Source of the DNA: a virus
Taxonomy: Duplodnaviria > Heunggongvirae > Uroviricota > Caudoviricetes
Virus record (IMG/VR): IMGVR_UViG_3300005660_000003
Span: 10,261 to 74,260 of that record
Length of the DNA stretch: 64,000 nt
Direction: 5' to 3' (one strand)
Positions 50,118-59,528 of the stretch are shown here, in pieces. The notes beneath the pieces are model-generated. The model ran no database searches, had not been told where the DNA came from, and worked only from the letters and a program-made list of their open reading frames with translations. The position numbers were made by a program, and so were the translations under genes. The first letter of the stretch is position 1. The number at the start of each line of letters is the position of its first letter.

Positions 50118-50422
50118 TAAAACACCACCCCTAATTTTTCTAATTCTTCCTTATTCTCTTTGACTTTTTCGTTATTTATTCTTCTTTTCTGGTTGATTAT
50201 GGTAACTATTGTTGGGCACCCAATTTGTATTAGAGCGGGACAAATAAAGGATATGGACGAAACCTGAAGAAATGATTTACTGATAATACATGAAATAAAG
50301 AAAAAACAAATTTGTAAAAGGGTTATATTAAACCACGCTTCATATAAATCTATTTCTAATTTAGGCTTTGGCAAGCTGTAAGAATAGCATTTTAATGGAA
50401 GTGGATGGTAAGGATTATGCAT
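50117..50422 (-). CDS. hypothetical membrane protein
   Basis: 101-aa ORF. Confidence 0.3.
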   Translation of the reverse strand: MHNPYHPLPLKCYSYSLPKPKLEIDLYEAWFNITLLQICFFFISCIISKSFLQVSSISFICPALIQIGCPTIVTIINQKRRINNEKVKENKEELEKLGVVF

Positions 50423-50611
50423 ACAATATGATCTCTATAAAACACACTGGAACATTTTTAGAAAAAGGTGTAGCTGAAGCCACATAGATCACTTCTATCG
50501 AAGAATCTTGTTCACAAGTATCAGTAGAAATGTATACAAAATATTTATTCTCTTGTAGCCAAACCCCATAAATTGACACGGTCAGCATCAAATTTCGTGC
50601 AAGTGCGGGGT

Positions 50612-51319
50612 TCATACCCCGCTCCAATCAACAAAAGGAGATAGGAAGGGCTCATGGCAATGTGTTGAGGCACCCAACATGGGAGTAAAAAGCACTACGT
50701 GATTCTTACGAAGAAAACGAAACAATTCCCTATCTTGTAGCCCAAAAGACTTCGCTAACTTATACACCTTATCTAGATACAACCCTTGGGAAATTGCCCA
50801 CGTACAAGTGGTGCTTTCGGCAGTTCTCCAATATTTAAGATTTCCAAGTCTAATTAAAGTTTGGTGAAAATCTATGTCGTCGGTTCTTAGTAGTCTATCT
50901 AAATGATCATAAAGACTTATAACATTATCTTTATTTATGGCGTCAGCCACCTCAAATCCCTCTTTAAGTACTGCAAATGCGTCGTCAGTATGTAGGTAAT
51001 CATCTTCAACAAAATAAATAACATCTGTTTGTGGCAATTTTGCGGCAAAGTCTAAGCAATACTGAAGAGATCCGGCGTTAGAATTCAAATTTATTTTTTC
51101 AATATTAATGTCACAAAAATCTAGATGGGTATGCAGTTGTCCTTTTTCACCGTCGTGAACAGCAGTAAGAATAATTTCATCTTCTTTTGTAATTCCTTGT
51201 GGGTCATATTTAAAAACACCCAGTAAATTATCTAAACACTTTAGCTTAGAGAACCACCTTGGTCTAGCGTCCAGCTTTGTATCTAGTTCGCAACACCTGT
51301 AAATTACGTGTAGTTTCAT
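50612..51319 (-). CDS. hypothetical protein (possible GT-A glycosyltransferase, EDDY motif)
   Basis: 235-aa ORF. Confidence 0.35.
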   Translation of the reverse strand: MKLHVIYRCCELDTKLDARPRWFSKLKCLDNLLGVFKYDPQGITKEDEIILTAVHDGEKGQLHTHLDFCDINIEKINLNSNAGSLQYCLDFAAKLPQTDVIYFVEDDYLHTDDAFAVLKEGFEVADAINKDNVISLYDHLDRLLRTDDIDFHQTLIRLGNLKYWRTAESTTCTWAISQGLYLDKVYKLAKSFGLQDRELFRFLRKNHVVLFTPMLGASTHCHEPFLSPFVDWSGV

Positions 51320-51634
51320 ATAAATGTTTTACTTTTTTCCTGTGTTAAGTTCATTAATAAACAAAATTAAGATAAAACCGAAAATAAATAAATTTAAAAA
51401 TGGTATTAAACACCAAATTGATCCCCAGAAAGCGTTTGATACTGACGGATAATCTTTTATAAATGAATTATATATTTCGCCCAAAGACAATGCTGCGAAC
51501 GAGATAAGTAATGATACAAATTTCTATACTCATATTGGTAGCCCTACAGTTATTTTTTTAAATCATTCAAGCCATTCCTTAAACTTTGGTATGTAGTGGG
51601 CGGGTACATTGATATTGTAGGTGATCTACTACGT

Positions 51635-51979
51635 TCATTTTAATTCCAACTTAATCTTTACTTTTGCCTTAATCTTTTTAACAAAAATGTGATTATTAAA
51701 AGATTCTAGGTCATTTCCGCTCTCAACTGACATTCTATATGTAGAATTCTCTTCATCATACCACAAAGATACAGGAAACTCATTACAGCCACACCCAATA
51801 AAGTACGTAGGATTCGGGTCGTCTTCTCTTTGTGTATTAACCATTTGGAAAATAGTTCCCTGTTTTGCCCCATACATTTGCATTGGGCGAAGCAACTTTA
51901 TCTTTTTATCACTATCTTCTTTTTTTACTATTTTAATTTTCAAAATTATTTCTCCTAAGGTGTGTAAGCTCTTGCCCAC
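51635..51979 (-). CDS. hypothetical protein
   Basis: 114-aa ORF. Confidence 0.4.
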   Translation of the reverse strand: MGKSLHTLGEIILKIKIVKKEDSDKKIKLLRPMQMYGAKQGTIFQMVNTQREDDPNPTYFIGCGCNEFPVSLWYDEENSTYRMSVESGNDLESFNNHIFVKKIKAKVKIKLELK

Positions 51980-52081
51980 TTAATAAGTTCTCGTCCAGAA
52001 ACTTCTTTCTCTTTCATGTGTGAAAAAGTGGGGTAGGTTATTACAAATTTCTTTCTACTCAACTTTTCTACTTTACAACCT

Positions 52082-52333
52082 CTATCCTGTAGTATCTTCA
52101 TAGCTTTCTTGGTTTTCAAAGTCTGCACTCCCTACGTAGTGGGCACCAACAATTTCCGTTAAAGCTTCTATGCTGTAATTTATACTGGCGTTTGCACAAA
52201 GTAACACCTCCATATCTTTATTAAAATCTCTAAACACAGCGATATCTAGCCTAGACTTATTAAGGCTATCTTGTATTTGTTGGATTTCTTTGTTTGAATA
52301 ATCGGCAGTGTCTACAATGATTGAACGCCTCAT
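52082..52333 (-). CDS. hypothetical protein
   Basis: 83-aa ORF with a 4-nt overlap. Confidence 0.35.
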   Translation of the reverse strand: MRRSIIVDTADYSNKEIQQIQDSLNKSRLDIAVFRDFNKDMEVLLCANASINYSIEALTEIVGAHYVGSADFENQESYEDTTG

Positions 52334-53040
52334 GAAAATAGCTCCTTGTGCTTTTCGTCTATATATGCCATTGCTGAAAAATTAAAACTACCGTGGAACA
52401 TAAAAGATTTATAAGTACTTAGATCCCCATATTCATGAGGATCTTCTTTAATTGGACGCTCCACACTAAATCTACGGGCTAATTCAATACTAGGAAATTT
52501 AATACCCTTATTATTTTCTAAAAACTTTCTTGCTGTGACAGAAATAAACCAGTCTTCATTACTTATTATAAATCCACTCTGAGGTATTAAATCAGCCATT
52601 TGGGATGAGGCTTCTAGTAGCTTTTTTGATCGCAGACAAGCACCACCGTTAAAACCCGTGTGTTCATTATCCCAACAGGCCCCAATGTAATCATACAACA
52701 AGAACTCCTCAATCCAAAGATCTGGATTTATTATACAAGAATCCCATTGTTGAACTAGGCAAAAATCCGTATCAATAAAGTTAACAAGGTGTTTTAAAAT
52801 CCAATAAGAATAGGTCCCGTCGGCTTTGTATTCTGCCCATTTAATTACGGGATGGGTAAACTCTTGCGGACATATGATGAGGGCTTTTTCAAAAGAAAAG
52901 GACGCGAGCGACACCTCCATAGCCTTTATGGTTTGCTCTAAAAAATCTTGCGTATGGATTATTGATACTAGTGTTATTAATTTAGAAGGCATTCTACTCC
53001 TCCTCCTCGTCGTTGTCCTCTTCCTCTTCTTCGGTCTCAA
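52330..53040 (-). CDS. hypothetical protein
   Basis: 236-aa ORF. Confidence 0.45.
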   Translation of the reverse strand: MRPKKRKRTTTRRRSRMPSKLITLVSIIHTQDFLEQTIKAMEVSLASFSFEKALIICPQEFTHPVIKWAEYKADGTYSYWILKHLVNFIDTDFCLVQQWDSCIINPDLWIEEFLLYDYIGACWDNEHTGFNGGACLRSKKLLEASSQMADLIPQSGFIISNEDWFISVTARKFLENNKGIKFPSIELARRFSVERPIKEDPHEYGDLSTYKSFMFHGSFNFSAMAYIDEKHKELFS

Positions 53041-53347
53041 AATTATCTAGATCGCATACAAAATTGAGATTTGTCATACGAACAAACTCCTGCAATAAAT
53101 CATACATCTTATTGTGCTTATCGCTAGTGTAAAAATTAAGGCGTCCATTATAATTTGTTAAGGATTGCTGACTTAGACCTCTTTCACCATTAATAAGTTC
53201 TTGGAAAATAAAAGGTGAGTTACTTATATCATTTATTATTTCAATAGCTATTTGAAATGCTTCTAGTAGTGACTCCTTAGTATTCATGGTCACTAATTCG
53301 GCAAATCTTTTTGATAAATCTACAGTTTCTTTGTTTGCTATGATCAA
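52994..53347 (-). CDS. hypothetical protein with poly-Glu/Asp C-terminal tail
   Basis: 117 aa ending EEEEEDNDEEEE. Confidence 0.4.
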   Translation of the reverse strand: MIIANKETVDLSKRFAELVTMNTKESLLEAFQIAIEIINDISNSPFIFQELINGERGLSQQSLTNYNGRLNFYTSDKHNKMYDLLQEFVRMTNLNFVCDLDNFETEEEEEDNDEEEE

Positions 53348-54366
53348 GAGAGTAATTCCTTAAAAATGCGTGCTGTATTTTCCCAAGAGAACATCTTTGA
53401 AATTTGTATTCCTGTAATATTAACCTTATAGCCATTCTTATAGGAGGCTCTAAGGGCTTCAACAAGGTGATTTATGTCGAAGACGCCCCAATTTCCTTGT
53501 CCGAAAAACCACTTGTCATCAAATGCAGGTGTAAGACTAGTAACAGGAATAAGCGTCGAGTTATGTCCATTACAAAATTCTGTGTGCCCAGCATAGTCAG
53601 TAACAATTACTTCCTTGCCACACGCCATCATTTCTAAGGTTTCTAATCCCCACCCCTCAGCTTTAGAAGGGAAAACGCCGCAACTAACAGTGTTCATTAT
53701 TCGGGCTAAATCTTGCTGGGTTTTAAATGGGCCAACAAACTTTATCTTTTTAGCCTTACCCATTGGGGTATTCATGTATTTGTATCTAATACGGCCCATG
53801 AATTCTGTATCATGGAAAATGTTATTCATAGACATCCATAGCTCAACATTGTCCGTAGGTTTAAACGCAAGATTAAAAGCTTCTACTATTTCATCCTGAG
53901 ATTTTCTTATTTCCCACTTACCAGCAGAAAAGAAGATGTGTACATTTGGTGTGTGTTCTACCTCGTGAAATATATCGCGATCAACACCAAGTGGAACCAC
54001 TTTAACAGGAGTAGTAATACCGTTGTTTTTTACAACCCCTTTTGCCCACTCAGTACACACCCATATCTCATCAACACTAGATAGGTGGGCTTTTTCAATA
54101 TTGTTAAACGTATCTAATTCAAAAATGGTATAACCTATACGTTTATTTTTGCCCACCATCATAAGGTCAAACTGATGGAATAATCTAACTGTTGGTAAAG
54201 ATAGATCGTAAGGTTTGCTTCCTATGAATTTGTTAGTAATAGATTGCGGCAATCCGAAGGATGGTTGCCCTATTGGTATAATATTACAATCTAAATGTTT
54301 TGCAATATTTAGGGCAACCAATCCATATGAAGTTATATTACTTATAGGAGCGTTAAAATTAAACAA
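53344..54366 (-). CDS. glycosyltransferase family 1 (GT-B)
   Basis: EGWGLETLEMMACGKEVIVTD matches the GT1/GT4 E-x7-E motif. Confidence 0.7.
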   Translation of the reverse strand: MFNFNAPISNITSYGLVALNIAKHLDCNIIPIGQPSFGLPQSITNKFIGSKPYDLSLPTVRLFHQFDLMMVGKNKRIGYTIFELDTFNNIEKAHLSSVDEIWVCTEWAKGVVKNNGITTPVKVVPLGVDRDIFHEVEHTPNVHIFFSAGKWEIRKSQDEIVEAFNLAFKPTDNVELWMSMNNIFHDTEFMGRIRYKYMNTPMGKAKKIKFVGPFKTQQDLARIMNTVSCGVFPSKAEGWGLETLEMMACGKEVIVTDYAGHTEFCNGHNSTLIPVTSLTPAFDDKWFFGQGNWGVFDINHLVEALRASYKNGYKVNITGIQISKMFSWENTARIFKELLS

Positions 54367-54754
54367 GGTCTAAACTTGCTAGACGACTTTGCAGGTCGTT
54401 AATTTTTCTTGCTCTAGCTGGCAACATAGCATTAATAACCTCTCTTATTTTTATTGCCTCTGGAGATTTACCGCCTTCTTGTGACCAAATTTCTTTTGTT
54501 CTAGCATCGGTTGTGCTAAATTTTTGTTTGGTAAGGTGATTCCTTAATGGATGAAGTACGTCGTTTCTAAATTTTTGTGACGCAACAAGATCCTTCTTTT
54601 CATCTTCATCGGTGTATCCTAAATACTTCCTGCAGTCTAATAGAGTACCCGCTGAACTCTTTGCCACTTCTCTTACAAACTTAATCTTTCGAAGATCTGC
54701 GTCTGTAACAGATACACAAACAGTTTCAAAAATTTCTTTCAATTTGTCATTCAT
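54359..54754 (-). CDS. hypothetical protein
   Basis: 131-aa ORF. Confidence 0.4.
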   Translation of the reverse strand: MNDKLKEIFETVCVSVTDADLRKIKFVREVAKSSAGTLLDCRKYLGYTDEDEKKDLVASQKFRNDVLHPLRNHLTKQKFSTTDARTKEIWSQEGGKSPEAIKIREVINAMLPARARKINDLQSRLASLDLV

Positions 54755-55355
54755 CTTTTAATTTTCCTTTATAAACAAAAGAGTTTTTATTGTATGACCA
54801 GACACAATTTTCTGGATCATATAAATAATCTGCTTCAAGATAATACCCATTTTTATCTACTATTGGGCAACAACAACCGTTTTCTAATTTGTAGTTTGGG
54901 GTCATTTTTTTACACAACACACAAGGCTTAAGATCAGTTTCTTCATCTTCTGGGTGCCAATATCCACTATCACTATACTCAGATATTACACTATGCAGTA
55001 TTTGGGGAAAGATGGGAAGTGTTTTACTGTTGTGTAATGTACTGTATAAACCCCCTGTGCAAAATTTATTGTAGCACTCACCACTAAATCTAACTGAACA
55101 ACCAATATCAACATTGGGGTGGTGATAATTAAAGTAAAGACGTAACTCGTGTGAAGGTTCTACTAACATTCTTGGTTTTTCAAAACTGAAAAAACGATCA
55201 CAACTTGACTCACCATCTTCATCTTCATCTTTTGTGGCTACACAGGTTATTGGTTTAAATTCATATAGAGTGTAATTATTATTACTCTGCTTAATCTTCC
55301 TAGGTTTTTTTAACAATACATCCAACATAAAATTCCCCAAAAGGTATATTAACAC
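54747..55355 (-). CDS. Cys-rich hypothetical protein immediately downstream of the E1-like gene
   Basis: 202 aa with multiple Cys clusters (CVLCKK...GCCCP). Confidence 0.4.
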   Translation of the reverse strand: MLIYLLGNFMLDVLLKKPRKIKQSNNNYTLYEFKPITCVATKDEDEDGESSCDRFFSFEKPRMLVEPSHELRLYFNYHHPNVDIGCSVRFSGECYNKFCTGGLYSTLHNSKTLPIFPQILHSVISEYSDSGYWHPEDEETDLKPCVLCKKMTPNYKLENGCCCPIVDKNGYYLEADYLYDPENCVWSYNKNSFVYKGKLKDE

Positions 55356-55441
55356 CGTAGTAATTTTGTAATATATGTGTGTCCCTTGCAGTACAAGTCT
55401 TTAAGAAATCTAGTAGATCTTTGTCCGCACACACATTTATA

Positions 55442-56164
55442 TTACTTCTGTTCGTTGTTATTGTTACAGTTACCAAAGTACTCATCTGGGTTCTCCGGAG
55501 ATAAAACAGAATTAATAGAACAAAAACTCAACATCCTGTGAACGGGCCAACCTTTTCCACCCATCAAATTGGCGAATTGATTAACGCTGGTCCCAGCTGC
55601 AATGTTGGCTATATAGTTACTCATTGGTTGAACGCACCCAAAACTTGCTGATTCACTTGATGGGAAAATGGTTTTGAGATACCAATCATTAGTAGTCTCC
55701 ATGTCTTTTACAGTAAGAATTTGAGCAACAGAAGCCCCGATTCTAACATCAAAGAAATATTTGCACTTATCCCTGTAGTAGTTATACAGGAGTTTCCTTA
55801 TATCAATGTTGTCTACGGTACTCCATACTGCGTCATAGGTGGTGTTTTTCCCCACTATTCTAGGGGCCCATTTATTAGGGTAAGCACTTACTTTAATGGC
55901 TTCGCCCATTTGGGAAACAATTTCTTCAGCTAGAACTTCTACCTTTGTCTTGCCACAATCACCCTGTGACCAATTCTGAGGAATTATATTGTGCGCTTCT
56001 ACAATGTCATTATCAACTAAATCAATAGACTTGACTCCAAGTCTAGCTACACAACTCGCTACGTTTCTACCTATAGCCCCACATCCGACAATTAAGACCC
56101 GTACTTCTTCTAGGTTTTTAGCAGGGCAGAAGTACTCTTGGCGAGAATAGAAAGCCGCGCTCAT
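55442..56164 (-). CDS. E1-like (ThiF/MoeB/UBA superfamily) adenylating enzyme
   Basis: Rossmann motif VLIVGCGAIGRNVASCVARLGVKSIDLVDNDIVE. 4-nt overlap with the JAB gene. Confidence 0.7.
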   Translation of the reverse strand: MSAAFYSRQEYFCPAKNLEEVRVLIVGCGAIGRNVASCVARLGVKSIDLVDNDIVEAHNIIPQNWSQGDCGKTKVEVLAEEIVSQMGEAIKVSAYPNKWAPRIVGKNTTYDAVWSTVDNIDIRKLLYNYYRDKCKYFFDVRIGASVAQILTVKDMETTNDWYLKTIFPSSESASFGCVQPMSNYIANIAAGTSVNQFANLMGGKGWPVHRMLSFCSINSVLSPENPDEYFGNCNNNNEQK

Positions 56165-57285
56165 TTGAAATCTCCTGTATTAATTTTACTTGCTGTATCT
56201 TTAAATTGTGGATACTTTAATCCCGCTGTATTAATGGCTTTTACTCTGTCAAGTTTATTATTACTTTTATAGGCTATCTGGAAATCTTTTTCTAACAAAT
56301 CCCCGTGTATAGCTCCGAGAATAACAGATATTCCATCCATTGGATTATAAGGGTTGTCAAACTCAAATATTCTTTCCATGCTCTGCAAGGATGTAATATC
56401 CTCTATGTCTGCGAATGCAGCTTTCATTCTTTGTAGCTCGTTGTCAGTCATCACCCTAAATGATTCTCGGTGCTCTCCTAACTCGAGTAGCATTTCTGGG
56501 ATTATTTCCGGGGACGCACTTTTTTTAAAACTATTTTTAGCGGGTTGGTAATGACTATGGTTTCCACCATATCCTTGATACCCGCTTCTTATTACTGTGT
56601 AAGTATCTGGGCTAACTAATTTGTCATATTCAGTAATCAGTTCGTTAAATTCTGGGAAAATTTCAATTAGTGAAACATGTGGGAGGAGTGACTTCTTAGC
56701 TTTTTCCATACCCAATTTATCTACAGCCCTTTCCCCAAAAATATTTTTTAAACCTGTTAAAATTTTAGCATCGTATCCTTCATCTTTAATAATTTCAACA
56801 GGTATCTCTTTTTCTACTTCATACGGATGATCTAGCCCGTTTACTGATGTGCTAAGATTACCTCTAACTCTCAGTTTACAGGTAATTTGTCCTGTCTTTG
56901 ACAGGATCATCATTACCATAAAATTTTTCATAGCGTTATCTTGGTCGTTCCAAGTGCTCATATCTTTACCAGAGGGATTAGCTGAACTATCTCCAGTCAT
57001 TGGGTGAGTATGACACCAAACTCTTTCACAGTTAATAGGTGGTATTCCCGCCATAGCGTTAGTTTCTATATATTCCGCCATATACTCGGGGCAACAATCG
57101 GAACTAGTTGAATTTACTTTTTGTTTTACGATCCTGAAATCATAAACATGAAGTGGGTTTTCTTTGTGGGTGATTCCAAACATTGTAATTTCTGAGTCTT
57201 TGTGGTCTCTCATAAATACAAACTTATCAAATGCATACGCATCAATTTTAAGTGTAAGTTCTTTTTTGGGTGTAGTTGTGTTCAT
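56161..57285 (-). CDS. JAB/JAMM (MPN+) metallopeptidase with C-terminal extension (deconjugating/processing enzyme)
   Basis: E...HTHPMTGDSSANPSGKD fits E-x(n)-H-x-H-x(10)-S-x2-D. Confidence 0.65.
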   Translation of the reverse strand: MNTTTPKKELTLKIDAYAFDKFVFMRDHKDSEITMFGITHKENPLHVYDFRIVKQKVNSTSSDCCPEYMAEYIETNAMAGIPPINCERVWCHTHPMTGDSSANPSGKDMSTWNDQDNAMKNFMVMMILSKTGQITCKLRVRGNLSTSVNGLDHPYEVEKEIPVEIIKDEGYDAKILTGLKNIFGERAVDKLGMEKAKKSLLPHVSLIEIFPEFNELITEYDKLVSPDTYTVIRSGYQGYGGNHSHYQPAKNSFKKSASPEIIPEMLLELGEHRESFRVMTDNELQRMKAAFADIEDITSLQSMERIFEFDNPYNPMDGISVILGAIHGDLLEKDFQIAYKSNNKLDRVKAINTAGLKYPQFKDTASKINTGDFK

Positions 57286-58196
57286 ACTTTAATCTCTTCC
57301 TTTTCTTGACAAACTTCACAGATTGCCTTGTTGTTTATGGTAAAGTAATACGGGGTGGTTTTTTCACAAACTGAACACTTTTTAATGCAATTTAGGGAAT
57401 AAAATTTCCCATCAATTTCTTCAGAACAATCCTTGTGTATAATTGCTTTTGTTTTTTCACAACTAATTTGTTCTCCGTCAAATTGGTAGCAAACAGAGCA
57501 CTTTTGTCCTACCCAATTATCTATGTACGCCCCGCTCCAATTAAGTGAGTTAGCATTATACCTACATAGTAATCCACAGACATTGTACAAAATTGACATT
57601 ATATCAAATTTTTGGGTATCTGCTCCCGATAGACGCGGATTTAGATATCCTCCTAGGCACAGCCCTCCATTTGGTCCTATGTGTGGGTGAAAACAACTTT
57701 TACCCCCAATGTTTCGCGGGTTATTTTCTCCACTTGGAGTACTTACTGCAGATAGACCTACTGAACGTGGAGAACTACTAACGTAATCGTCGAAATATAA
57801 TCTTGTTTTAAATAGTCCTAGGTCTACTGTTAGGTTAGTATTTGTTTGGTGGTTTTTTTCTGATATTACGGCTCTAGATTCAAACATAATTGTTGATACA
57901 TACTCATCCATTTCTAGCATTGTAAAATCGTGCTTTTTAACTAATCCATCATAAAGGCTATCGAAGCCTTCTCTACTTACAGCCTTTAAGGGTTCGCGAT
58001 AGTATGTATCGCCATAGTTGGCCAATGTATTTACCGCAGAAGAAAGTTCTCGGATTGTTCTACTTCTAGCTTTTTCTAGTGTTTTGTAGCTTGTGTCTAT
58101 TACTGGAAGATGTTCATTCTCCCATTTTTTTCTTCTCGAACACCCAATAGTGTATTGTCCATAGAATTTTTCTTTAGTTAACATCACACGCTCCAC
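57282..58196 (-). CDS. E2-like (UBC-fold) conjugating enzyme with C-terminal Cys-rich zinc-ribbon domain
   Basis: CFHPHIGPNGGLCLGGYL matches the UBC active-site motif FHPNI...G.ICLDIL, with a candidate catalytic Cys. Confidence 0.65.
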   Translation of the reverse strand: MERVMLTKEKFYGQYTIGCSRRKKWENEHLPVIDTSYKTLEKARSRTIRELSSAVNTLANYGDTYYREPLKAVSREGFDSLYDGLVKKHDFTMLEMDEYVSTIMFESRAVISEKNHQTNTNLTVDLGLFKTRLYFDDYVSSSPRSVGLSAVSTPSGENNPRNIGGKSCFHPHIGPNGGLCLGGYLNPRLSGADTQKFDIMSILYNVCGLLCRYNANSLNWSGAYIDNWVGQKCSVCYQFDGEQISCEKTKAIIHKDCSEEIDGKFYSLNCIKKCSVCEKTTPYYFTINNKAICEVCQEKEEIKV

Positions 58197-59061
58197 ATAT
58201 TACTACATCAGATTTAATAATCCAATCCACTTTATCTTTTTTGCACACATAGCATTCTTTAACCATTGCTGGATTGTAAATAGTCCCATTTATTACCTTA
58301 CCACAGTTTGCGTGTAGGATCATGCCGGTTTTAGGGCAGGTAATCATGTTCTTCTTGGAGTATTCCTCGCATACGCAACATTTTCTACCAATAAAATTTT
58401 CCATTGAACTAGCAATGTATGACGAATTAAACACCGATAACTGTTTTATAATGTTATCAATTATATCATAAAAGAACTTGTTTGTATCAAATGCTTTTGT
58501 AAAAATGGCATAATGTATGAACTCTCCGTATATATCAAAATATGGATGTTTTATTTTTCCATCAGTTTTTAATTTAATTATTCTTGGATGTAAAATATTT
58601 TCTTTACTAGTAAAAGTAACATGAATTGGGAAATTTTCAAATTGTAGGGTCCAAAACTCACCTGTCTTTATATTTTTATTATGTAAATTTAAATCAACAC
58701 TAAAATATAAACTTTGGTTACCGGAATGTTTTATAAATTTTATGCTTGGGTACTTTTCTTCTAGTTCTTTTATTTGAGAATCTAGTGTGGCAGGGTTGAA
58801 TTCTTCAAAAGAATTTAAGTAATCCAAATCTATGTCTGAATATTTCGACATATTATCTCGTATCTCTGGATACTTTCTTTTTTCAATATATTCGTCAATT
58901 TTGTTTTTTTCTTTATGTAATCTGATTATCTTTGAAAGTAGGAGGTCGTATACATGTTGTAAGGCATGGTTTTCTTTAAGCGTATTTATTTGCTCAAGAA
59001 AAGCCTCTGTGTATACACTCTTATCTAGTGCGGGTTTTTTTGTTGGCATTGCTGTTACCAA
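58174..59061 (-). CDS. E2-like paralog lacking the catalytic Cys (UEV-like?), same C-terminal Cys-rich zinc-ribbon domain
   Basis: Same two-domain architecture as 57282..58196. The HP-containing loop ILHPRIIKLKTDGKIKHP has no Cys. Confidence 0.45.
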   Translation of the reverse strand: MVTAMPTKKPALDKSVYTEAFLEQINTLKENHALQHVYDLLLSKIIRLHKEKNKIDEYIEKRKYPEIRDNMSKYSDIDLDYLNSFEEFNPATLDSQIKELEEKYPSIKFIKHSGNQSLYFSVDLNLHNKNIKTGEFWTLQFENFPIHVTFTSKENILHPRIIKLKTDGKIKHPYFDIYGEFIHYAIFTKAFDTNKFFYDIIDNIIKQLSVFNSSYIASSMENFIGRKCCVCEEYSKKNMITCPKTGMILHANCGKVINGTIYNPAMVKECYVCKKDKVDWIIKSDVVICGACDVN

Positions 59062-59221
59062 GAGATTACTCCGTAAGAAAATTTTTAAATAATTAAAGTA
59101 GGTGGAGCGTTTCCACGAAGATGGTTATTGTTCCGAGTATAAAGTTTGCGCAAGTATTACAAACAAAGTAAAAGGGGTGGAATTAAATTCCACCCCTTTA
59201 TCCTTAAGCGGTCAGACTATT

Positions 59222-59437
59222 TTAGCCTGCATCGACCTTGCCCAAGCTCACAGTCAAAATATCGCCGTCACCAAGAGGCGTTTCTGTGTTTGCCTGCATT
59301 CCGTTCACGCGATATACAGATCCGCTTGGAGCCCCAACTCGTGAGCCAGCAGCCCCCGCAGTAGAGCCGTGAGACAGGGTTACTGATACCTGATTGCCGT
59401 CTGAAAAAGCCTTGATAACGTTTACTGTAATGTTCAA
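59222..59437 (-). CDS. ubiquitin-like beta-grasp protein (ThiS/MoaD-like), C-terminus ...GKVDAG
   Basis: 71 aa. PLGDGDILTVSLGKVDAG resembles the ThiS/MoaD C-terminal ...DGD.I....V.GG. First gene of the E2-E2-JAB-E1 chain. Confidence 0.6.
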   Translation of the reverse strand: MNITVNVIKAFSDGNQVSVTLSHGSTAGAAGSRVGAPSGSVYRVNGMQANTETPLGDGDILTVSLGKVDAG

Positions 59438-59528
59438 GTGATTACTCCAACTAAAAAACCAAAAAGATGTGGGTGGCCAACATTAACCACCCACTGAAAA
59501 CTAATCTCGGACTTTCGTCCTTCAAATA

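Noticed and set aside
59102-59364. Plus-strand ORFs 59102..59344 and 59146..59364.
   Set aside because: They are antisense to the Ubl gene and overlap each other in the GC-rich segment, so they are likely spurious.
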